This document shows positions 56,713 through 64,000 of a stretch of DNA of 64,000 nucleotides, one piece after another. Origin of the DNA: Selenomonadaceae bacterium (GTDB lineage Bacteria > Bacillota > Negativicutes > Selenomonadales > Selenomonadaceae); assembly GCA_017484005.1 (NCBI GenBank), contig JAFUTY010000013.1, positions 3,454 to 67,453 on the forward strand, read 5' to 3'. Below the pieces are notes generated by a model. It was not told where the DNA came from. It did no database searches and saw only the letters and a list, made by a program, of their open reading frames with translations. The translations under genes and the position numbers were made by a program. Position 1 is the first letter of the stretch; each line of letters begins with the position of its first letter.

Positions 56713-58082
56713 TTGAATCGCTCTTCAATTCGTACGAATTCATTTTCATTTTTCTGCCAATAACGCTCGGTGGATATTTTTTGCTCGGCGGCTCACATCG
56801 ATTTCTGATCCTGGCAAGTCTGATTTTCTATGCATATTGGGATTTGAATTTTCTACCGATCCTCCTCGGAAGTATGATTGTGAATTTTTTGATCGCCGGA
56901 AGAATTCTCGAATCGAAACATCAAAAGCAATTTTTCATCGCTGGATTGATTTTCAACATTGGGCTTTTGAGTTATTTCAAATATCTTCCGCCTGAGAAAA
57001 TTTTGCCGCTCGGAATTTCATTTTTCACAATCACGCAGCTGTTATATCTGTATGACTGTTTCGCGGGAGTTGCAAAGGATCACGATTCGATTCGATACGC
57101 GCTATTCGTTTCATTTTTTCCACATCTATTAGCCGGTCCGATTCTGTATCATCGGCAAATGATGAAGCAGTTTCGAGATGAATCGCTAAAAAAAATCAAT
57201 TTTGAAAATCTGTCGCGAGGCTTGATTCTCTTCACGATTGGATTATCAAAAAAAGTTTTGATCGCGGATCAACTCTCGCCATTTGTTGCGGAAAATTTTT
57301 CGAATCCAAATGATCTGTCAATGATTCAAGCATGGATTGTCGCGAGTTCATACACATTGCAGCTATTTTTCGATTTCTCCGGTTACAGCGATATGGCAGT
57401 TGGACTCGCGCGCATGATGAATTTTGAAATCCCGATCAATTTCAATGCACCGTATCGAGCGACGAATTTGATCAATTTTTGGCAGAGGTGGCATATATCT
57501 CTCACGAATGCTATCACTGCCTGCGTATATCTCCCGATTATGAAATTTTTCAAATCCAAAACAATCTTGAATACATGTATCGCGTCATTCGTCACATTTT
57601 TCATCGTTGGAATTTGGCATGGCTCTGGCTGGACATTTTTTTGTTTCGCGATGTGCACTGCATCGAGTATCGTCGTGAATTATCTTTGGCGATCGATGGG
57701 ATTCTCGCTCCCAAAAATTCCGTCGCATATTCTATTGATGATGTTTGTAATTTCGACAATGGTTTTTCTGCGATCAGACAATCTCGATATCGCGATGAAA
57801 ATCCTCGGATCGATGTTTGCCGGCGATCTCGAATTCCCTCGAAAAATTGTTGAGCTAACGAATTATATCGGTTTGAATCTCAACGTCGGAAATGTGCCTG
57901 GTGATCTTCCAAAATCGATCTTTTTGATCGGAATTTTGATCGTGATCTTCGCGCCAACTTCAAATCAAATCGTGAAAAAGATCGAGCCGCGATTCGCAAT
58001 TTCAATTTTGATCGGCGCAATTCTTTTCATCGGAATCCTGCAACTCTCGAGCGTCACCGAGTTTTTATATTTTCAATTTTGA
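56709..58082 (+). CDS. MBOAT-family membrane O-acyltransferase (AlgI/DltB-like)
   Basis: LFNSYEFIFIFLPITL N-terminus. MBOAT signature FWQRWHISL and the conserved His in GIWHGSGW. GTGA overlap with the wzx stop. Confidence 0.9.
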   Translation: MIESLFNSYEFIFIFLPITLGGYFLLGGSHRFLILASLIFYAYWDLNFLPILLGSMIVNFLIAGRILESKHQKQFFIAGLIFNIGLLSYFKYLPPEKILPLGISFFTITQLLYLYDCFAGVAKDHDSIRYALFVSFFPHLLAGPILYHRQMMKQFRDESLKKINFENLSRGLILFTIGLSKKVLIADQLSPFVAENFSNPNDLSMIQAWIVASSYTLQLFFDFSGYSDMAVGLARMMNFEIPINFNAPYRATNLINFWQRWHISLTNAITACVYLPIMKFFKSKTILNTCIASFVTFFIVGIWHGSGWTFFCFAMCTASSIVVNYLWRSMGFSLPKIPSHILLMMFVISTMVFLRSDNLDIAMKILGSMFAGDLEFPRKIVELTNYIGLNLNVGNVPGDLPKSIFLIGILIVIFAPTSNQIVKKIEPRFAISILIGAILFIGILQLSSVTEFLYFQF

Positions 58083-58127
58083 TCTCTCTCGTTGTAGAAT
58101 GTGAAATCTACAGCGGGAGGGATTTTT

Positions 58128-59471
58128 TTGTTCGGCTGGAAAAATTTTTATATCACGATGCTCGCGACGATTTTGATTCTTTGCATCGGATCAATTTTGA
58201 TAAATATTCTCGTCGATCCATATGATATCTGGCGCGATGAACGATCGATCGGATTTAATTTTTGCGCAATTCGTTCTGAAAATGTTGAACGATTGATGAA
58301 ACCAATTCGAGTTTTGGAAATTGATCCTGAAACGATTCTTCTCGGCAATTCAAAAATCGATTTTGCGATGAATCCAATTGACAATGGATATAACTTCGGA
58401 CTTCGAAATGCTCAACCGTTCGAGATTCTCAAGATCGTTGAGACAACTCACGCTCGAAAAATCATTCTCGCAATTGATTTCGAGATGTTTATCGATCGAC
58501 GTGAATCGATGCCAGGATTCGATGAAAATCAGCTCGAGTCGAATCACATGACGCTCGGAAATTTTTTTCGATCGACTTTGTCACTCGATTCATTGCGAGA
58601 TAGTCTCGTGACGGTTCAAAAAAATCATCGGGAGCAGCTCGATTTTCCAACGATCGATCGCGGTGGAAAATATGACGATCGATTTCTCGCCAAACTTTTC
58701 GAAATTGAAAATGACTTCTATGCAACATCGCGGCAGATGATTATTGAAGTTGAAAAATCTGATCCAAAAATGTTTCAAAAAAAGATTCGAGAGTTTGAAA
58801 AAATTGTTGAGACTTGTCAGTCGCGAGGGATCGATTTGCAAGTTCTGATTCCGCCCGTCCATTCAAATCACATCGAGGCATATGAATTCAATCGCGAGCT
58901 TTATGAATCATGGCTCAAGCAGATCGTCGCAATTCATCCAGTCATAGATTTTGTCAGTCTCGAGGGCGATTTTTGGAATTCGACACACATGAAAACTTCG
59001 ATCGGTGATTTGATAATCGATCGGCTCGAATCTGGAAATTTTGAAATCGTGAATTCTGAGAATGTCGAGGATCATCTCAAAAATCTTTGGAAAAATCTTG
59101 AGCATTCGAATCAGATGAAATTCGTAGGCAGATTCAATTCAGATTTGCCGATTGAACTCGATGGAGATTTTTTAATCACACCGGAAATTTTTTCTATAAA
59201 TTGGATTGAGTCGAATCAAAATATCTTATCGATTCGCGGACAGATCGATTTGCCGAGGAGTGAAGTGATTGTGTCATTTGTCAAGCTCGGCAGATTCTAT
59301 TCGCGGTTGACGAATCTGAATCTAGACGGTGAAATCGATTCAAGCTACAATTTCTTCACGGAAGCGATTCTTTCAAGCGATCAAAGTAAAATTTCGAGCG
59401 CACAGATTTTTTGCGTGACAAAATCGCATGGAATTCTCGCCTCTGAAGAATTTTGGGAGGTTAAAAAATGA
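58128..59471 (+). CDS. DltD/AlgJ-like membrane-anchored accessory protein (SGNH-like, tentative)
   Basis: N-terminal TM anchor. ILLGNSKIDF resembles SGNH block I. Position between the MBOAT and the carrier protein. TTG start at 58128 after GGGAGGG (the ORF track starts at 58101). Confidence 0.45.
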   Translation: MFGWKNFYITMLATILILCIGSILINILVDPYDIWRDERSIGFNFCAIRSENVERLMKPIRVLEIDPETILLGNSKIDFAMNPIDNGYNFGLRNAQPFEILKIVETTHARKIILAIDFEMFIDRRESMPGFDENQLESNHMTLGNFFRSTLSLDSLRDSLVTVQKNHREQLDFPTIDRGGKYDDRFLAKLFEIENDFYATSRQMIIEVEKSDPKMFQKKIREFEKIVETCQSRGIDLQVLIPPVHSNHIEAYEFNRELYESWLKQIVAIHPVIDFVSLEGDFWNSTHMKTSIGDLIIDRLESGNFEIVNSENVEDHLKNLWKNLEHSNQMKFVGRFNSDLPIELDGDFLITPEIFSINWIESNQNILSIRGQIDLPRSEVIVSFVKLGRFYSRLTNLNLDGEIDSSYNFFTEAILSSDQSKISSAQIFCVTKSHGILASEEFWEVKK

Positions 59472-59707
59472 AAAAGATTATAGACATCTTGCGAGAGGTA
59501 CATCCAAATGAAAATTTCGAGGCGAGCGATGATTTCATCTCGGACGGCTTGCTCGATTCGTTCGATTTGCAGGATTTATTCGCGCGGCTTGAAGAGGAAT
59601 ATGGAATCGAGCTGGCTGGAACTGATCTCGCGCCACAGAATTTCCAGACAATCGAATCAATCAAGGATTTGCTCGAATCGCGCGGAGTTGATGTCTCGAA
59701 TCTATGA
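59468..59707 (+). CDS. Acyl/D-alanyl carrier protein (DltC-like)
   Basis: 79 aa. Phosphopantetheine attachment motif GLLDSFDLQDL. ATGA overlaps on both sides. Confidence 0.8.
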   Translation: MKKIIDILREVHPNENFEASDDFISDGLLDSFDLQDLFARLEEEYGIELAGTDLAPQNFQTIESIKDLLESRGVDVSNL

Positions 59708-60885
59708 TTTTATTGATTGTCGCTGGAATTTTTTTAGCGAGAAATTTATTGATTCCGATTTCTGCCGATGATTATGCTTATCGATTTTTTTGGGACACAA
59801 AAACTTTTCTCGGAGAAACTAACAATTGGATTCCGATTTCTTCAGTCATTGATATTTTTGATTCGCAAGTCGCACACTATTTTCATTGGGGCGGAAGATC
59901 GATCGCGCATTTTTTTGTCCAATTTTTTATGTGGCAAGGCAAGATCTATTTCGATTTTGCAAATACAATCATCTTCGTGATTTTTGTAATTCTGATTTTG
60001 AAACTCGCCAAGTCTCGAAAATTTTTGTATGCATTGATTGGACTTTGGATCTGTCTTCCACAATTCGTTCCAACGATGCTGTGGCTTACTGGATCTTGTA
60101 ATTATCTTTGGATGACAACTCTACAACTCGGATTTCTCCTCGCGCTTATAAATCGATCGAAATTTATGATTCCAATTGGATTTTTAGCGGGTTGGTCAAA
60201 TGAAGCTGGTGCGATTTCAATTCTGATTTTGAGTTTGATTTATCTCCGAACAAAAAAAGAACCGATCGAGTGTCGCGAGATTCTGGGATTGATCTCTTTC
60301 TCGATCGGTTTAATTCTGTTGATATTTGCGCCAGGAAATTTTGAACGTGGAAGAGAAATCGTATTCCATTTGCAGGAGCATTTAGAATCATTCGCGCTGA
60401 TTTTAATACATTCACTGCCATTAATCATTGTAGCTTTGATTGGAATGAATCCTCGCGCGAGATTTTTTTTACTTGGCGGATTCATTGCACCGACAGCATT
60501 AATGTTTTCGCCAGAATTTCCAACTCGGGCGGCATTTATATCTCCAGTTTTATTTTTGATCGGCGCATTGATTTCACTCGAAGATATCAAGAATTTCATC
60601 GTTCGATTGTCATTTGGAATTGCATCGATATTTTGCGCATGGACTTTGATTTTGAGTTTGTATGCAGATTTTGAAATTCATCGACAACATTCATCGCGAC
60701 AAATTTCCGAAGAAGTTTCAACAATCCATGGATTTCCGATTCTCGAAAAATTTCTCGGTGAAAGAATCGTGACTCAACAGATTTTAGATAATGATCCAAC
60801 TCTTGATGAAAATCACGTTTATAATCGTGCAATGGCGAAATTCTACGGTGTTGAAAAAATTCAGAGGATAGAAAATGATCGATAG
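59704..60885 (+). CDS. Polytopic membrane protein, possible GT-C-type transferase
   Basis: 393 aa, about 10 TM helices. An acidic ADDYAY motif follows the first helix. Confidence 0.45.
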   Translation: MILLIVAGIFLARNLLIPISADDYAYRFFWDTKTFLGETNNWIPISSVIDIFDSQVAHYFHWGGRSIAHFFVQFFMWQGKIYFDFANTIIFVIFVILILKLAKSRKFLYALIGLWICLPQFVPTMLWLTGSCNYLWMTTLQLGFLLALINRSKFMIPIGFLAGWSNEAGAISILILSLIYLRTKKEPIECREILGLISFSIGLILLIFAPGNFERGREIVFHLQEHLESFALILIHSLPLIIVALIGMNPRARFFLLGGFIAPTALMFSPEFPTRAAFISPVLFLIGALISLEDIKNFIVRLSFGIASIFCAWTLILSLYADFEIHRQHSSRQISEEVSTIHGFPILEKFLGERIVTQQILDNDPTLDENHVYNRAMAKFYGVEKIQRIENDR

Positions 60886-62791
60886 AAAAATTTTTGGACT
60901 GATCATAATATGCACATTGATTGTCGCATCGCCGGCATTCAGCCTAAGTGTTGGATACGGCGATGATTTCTTTTTTCATGTCGCTCGACTTCAATCAATC
61001 GCCAAAGCAGATACATTTCCAGCGTTGATATATCCAGAATGGTTTTTCGATTTTGGATCTCCGACTGGAGTTTTTTATCCAGCGTTATTTTTATATTTTC
61101 CAGCGATGCTATATAAATTGGGGCTTACGCTGGAAATCACGATTAATCTGCTTTCAATCGAGACAATCGCTCTAGTTGCAATTTGTTCATTCGTTGCATT
61201 CAAAAAATTTTTTGGCAATAATCAAGCCGCGGCAATCGCATCAGTTTGCTATATCACTCAAGCATATTTTCTTGCGAATGTTTATCAGCGATTTGCAATT
61301 GGCGAGGCACTCGGGATGGCTTTTCTTCCGCTGGCACTTGTATCATCGCGTTGCATGCTGAAAGATTATTCAAACGACAAAAATCTTTGGATTATCGCGG
61401 TGATTTCATATACTGGACTTATCGGCTCTCACATTCTCACAACTCTCCTTCTAATTTTAATGCTAATTGCGTATTGTTTTTGGAGAGTCTGCATAGAAAA
61501 AAATTTGTACTTTATCGATTTCAAAAATCTGCGCAACGTTTTTCTATGGACACTTGGAATCAATGCATTTTTCATCGTGCCATTTTTGGAACTCTATACT
61601 TCGATGAAATTGCAAGTCGCAGGAACGAGTGATTGGTTTTATGAATTTGCACAATGGAGTCCAGATTTTTATGGATTGAATCTACTTCGAGCACAAACTA
61701 TCGCTGTAATATTTTTTGCTTTCATGATTTGGAGAATTTGTCGGGGACAAGTCAATCTCGACTCGAAGAGACAATTTTTGATAGGATTTTGGATTTTTGT
61801 AGTCTGTGCAATTATGTCAACTACAATCTTTCCATGGAAATTTTTAAAACATACTCCAGGGCATCATCTTATCGAGCTGTTTCAATTTCCATGGCGACTG
61901 ATGCAACTTACCGGATCATTTTTTTACGTTATGAGTTTCACAATCGCCGTTATTGAGTTCGATAAATTTTTGAATCGAAATCTCGCACCGTTTATCTGTT
62001 TGACAATGGCGATTTATTCTGTGACGATCGGCGGTCATTGTTTTTTACCCGGTCGTTCATATTCATTCGATGGTTGGTTTGCAAAGAAATCGGTTGTATT
62101 TTCAGATGATGAGAGATCTGCGATTGTTGATTCAAGATCGTTGCATTTATGGAAAGATCTCGATGAATGGAGAAAATCGGATCATGATCCACGAATTCTT
62201 GATATCAAAATTGAAAATGGAATGGCTGAAGTTTTTTATGATTCTCCCGAAGAATTTTCTGCAACATTGCCGATAGCTTTTGCATATCCTCTGAAAGTTT
62301 TGAGAGATAACGATTTTAGTGACAAAGAGATTTCGCAAGATTTAGAGGCATGCAGAATCCATTTTCCAGCAGGATCTGGATCGTTCAAAATTTCAGTCCA
62401 TCGTTATGATTCTTATTATGAGGATTATTGTTATCATGGATTTGGACGTTTGGAGATATATAATGCTAAAAAATTTTGGGATTCTGGATTCGAACCGAGA
62501 GTTTTGAAAATCGATCATCGAAACGGAAAGATATTTGTGAATTATGATCTCTCGAAATCTGAATCAAATTCAAAAATCGAATTGCCGATCTTCTATTTTC
62601 CTGGACATGTTGCAAATATTCCAATCGAATCTTCCGAACGTCACTTGATTCAAATCGATCCTTCGAATCTTGAATCGCATGGAACGATCGAAATTTTTTA
62701 CGAGGGACTTCCGAGTTTCAAAATCGCGAATATAATTTCACTCGCAACTTTGATCTTTCTACTCGTTACAATTAGACGGAGGATAGAATGA
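60875..62791 (+). CDS. Large polytopic membrane protein, YfhO/GT-C-like, paralog 1
   Basis: 638 aa. N-terminal YGDDFFFHVARLQSI motif, about 12 TM helices, then a soluble C-terminal domain of about 230 aa and a final TM helix. Confidence 0.55.
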   Translation: MIDRKIFGLIIICTLIVASPAFSLSVGYGDDFFFHVARLQSIAKADTFPALIYPEWFFDFGSPTGVFYPALFLYFPAMLYKLGLTLEITINLLSIETIALVAICSFVAFKKFFGNNQAAAIASVCYITQAYFLANVYQRFAIGEALGMAFLPLALVSSRCMLKDYSNDKNLWIIAVISYTGLIGSHILTTLLLILMLIAYCFWRVCIEKNLYFIDFKNLRNVFLWTLGINAFFIVPFLELYTSMKLQVAGTSDWFYEFAQWSPDFYGLNLLRAQTIAVIFFAFMIWRICRGQVNLDSKRQFLIGFWIFVVCAIMSTTIFPWKFLKHTPGHHLIELFQFPWRLMQLTGSFFYVMSFTIAVIEFDKFLNRNLAPFICLTMAIYSVTIGGHCFLPGRSYSFDGWFAKKSVVFSDDERSAIVDSRSLHLWKDLDEWRKSDHDPRILDIKIENGMAEVFYDSPEEFSATLPIAFAYPLKVLRDNDFSDKEISQDLEACRIHFPAGSGSFKISVHRYDSYYEDYCYHGFGRLEIYNAKKFWDSGFEPRVLKIDHRNGKIFVNYDLSKSESNSKIELPIFYFPGHVANIPIESSERHLIQIDPSNLESHGTIEIFYEGLPSFKIANIISLATLIFLLVTIRRRIE

Positions 62792-64000
62792 TCGACAGAA
62801 AAAACTTTTTGTTGATATCGATTTGCATATTGATTGTTTCATTGCCAGCGATTTGCAATAAATTCATCGTCGGAGCAGATACAATCTTTCATCTATCGCG
62901 ACTTATGTCAATCGCTGATGAACTTCCAAATCAATTTCCAGTTCTGATATATCACAGCTGGCTATTTGATTTTGGCGAACCGACTGGAGTTTTCTATCCA
63001 TCACTATTTCTATATCCATTCGCAATTTTATATAAAATTGGAATTGATTTGTGGATTGTTTATGATTTGCTATTCATTTCCATTGTGACTCTCGCGACGA
63101 TTTGTATGTATTTTGCTTGTAAAGAATTTTTTGGCGATAAGAATTTTGCATACATAGTTGCAGCTGTCTATATCAGTGAATGGTATTTTCAGATTGATCT
63201 TTATGCTCGTGCGGATTTGAGTGAAGCTATAGCGATGGGATTTCTTCCACTCGCAATGATTTCATCCCGATGTCTTTTCAAAAATTTCAGCGGATATAAA
63301 AATTCATGGATCATTGCAGTTATCGCGTACACTGGATTGATTCAATCGCATATTATAACGACATTGATCTTTCTCGGATTCTTATTTTTGTTTCTAATAA
63401 TCGAGGTACTCCTTCGCAAAAAATCTATAGATTGGAAAATATTTTTCAAAACTTTTATTGCAACGATTGGACTCAATGCATTTTTTATCATTCCATTTGT
63501 AATTTTTTACAATAGCATGGAAACATACATTGGATCGTACAGTAACTTTTCTCTCAGTGATACAGCGCAACCAATCTCTGGAATTCTGTCATTGATTAAG
63601 CATGCAACGTTAGTAATGTGGTCTTTTATGTTAGCAATTATCTACAGAATTTATAGGGGATATGTTGATATAAAAACTCTCAAAGTGTTTCTATTTGGTC
63701 TTGCTGTTGGAATTTTTGTTTGCGTTTTGAATCTAAAATTTTTCCCGTGGAATTTTATCGAATCAATTCCATTTATAGGAAATCTGATTTTGAAATTTCA
63801 ATTTCCATATCGATTTATGGTTATTGGATCAATTTTCTGTGCAATATCGTTTTCAATAGCTATTGTTGAAACCTCAAAATTTTTCAATGAGTCCTTACGT
63901 CAAAAAATCTCCATAACTTCATGCTTATTAGTAGCAGTATTTTCAATAACATTCGGTGGACATATTGCATTCGAATCGAAACCGCAAGTTTATGGATGGT
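62788..64000 (+). CDS. YfhO/GT-C-like membrane protein, paralog 2, partial (runs off the window end)
   Basis: Manual translation from the ATG at 62788 (ATGA overlap with the previous stop) is stop-free to 64000: MIDRKNFLLISICILIVSLPAICNKFIVGADTIFHLSRLMSIADELPNQFPVLIYHSWLFDFGEPTGVFYPSLFLYPFAILYKIG... It is colinear with paralog 1 and is not in the ORF track because it is open-ended. Confidence 0.7.
   Translation, partial: MIDRKNFLLISICILIVSLPAICNKFIVGADTIFHLSRLMSIADELPNQFPVLIYHSWLFDFGEPTGVFYPSLFLYPFAILYKIGIDLWIVYDLLFISIVTLATICMYFACKEFFGDKNFAYIVAAVYISEWYFQIDLYARADLSEAIAMGFLPLAMISSRCLFKNFSGYKNSWIIAVIAYTGLIQSHIITTLIFLGFLFLFLIIEVLLRKKSIDWKIFFKTFIATIGLNAFFIIPFVIFYNSMETYIGSYSNFSLSDTAQPISGILSLIKHATLVMWSFMLAIIYRIYRGYVDIKTLKVFLFGLAVGIFVCVLNLKFFPWNFIESIPFIGNLILKFQFPYRFMVIGSIFCAISFSIAIVETSKFFNESLRQKISITSCLLVAVFSITFGGHIAFESKPQVYGW

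Noticed and set aside
1-64000. CRISPR arrays, tRNA, rRNA, tmRNA, RNase P.
   Set aside because: All tandem repeats seen are in-frame coding repeats (res acidic repeat, 87 nt repeat, mod paralogs). No spacer-repeat periodicity, no GTTCGAATC-type T-loops in a cloverleaf context, and no conserved rRNA or RNase P blocks were recognised.

Overview
AT-rich, densely coding 64 kb bacterial window. No rRNA, tRNA, CRISPR array, integrase or transposase was recognised. The host looks like an anaerobe with an outer membrane: class III ribonucleotide reductase NrdD, HypCDE, several radical-SAM enzymes, a nitroreductase, and an autotransporter-type protein ending in Phe. I cannot assign taxonomy.

Layout:
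(1) 1-19297: one long minus-strand run. It holds a partial MATE-like gene, an autotransporter, a flavoprotein, a 4x DUF1566 protein, cupin, tautomerase and GlgX. It also holds a partner-switching set with no sigma factor: 2 STAS proteins, 1 Cache/HAMP PP2C phosphatase, and 2 RsbW-like modules fused to DJ-1/PfpI and to a MATE transporter. These are interleaved with TPP, DJ-1, AGE-epimerase-like and GNAT-like enzymes.
(2) 19427-26548: the most unusual locus. Three tandem mosaic beta-class DNA methyltransferase (Mod-like) paralogs precede a single Type III Res-like helicase-nuclease and a small secreted protein.
(3) 26687-33296: an MCP with an orphan sugar-binding lipoprotein, then radical SAM, ComF-like and cobS-cobD-cobC genes.
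(4) 33297-33650: a roughly 350 bp ORF-free structured spacer, followed by hypCDE.
(5) 37800-41751: DeoR, a PflX-type activase, and an NrdD in which I cannot find a glycyl-radical motif.
(6) 41789-48778: housekeeping genes (RumA-like methyltransferase, aminotransferase with an AsnC regulator, tatAC, sbp, a beta-carbonic-anhydrase-like protein with a repeat tail, a membrane protein).
(7) 48785-64000: a Wzx/Wzy-type polysaccharide locus. It opens with a radical-SAM gene broken at a G12 tract and contains an MBOAT, DltD-like and carrier-protein triad plus tandem GT-C-like paralogs.

All functional calls come from motif recognition by eye on the supplied translations. No database search was run.
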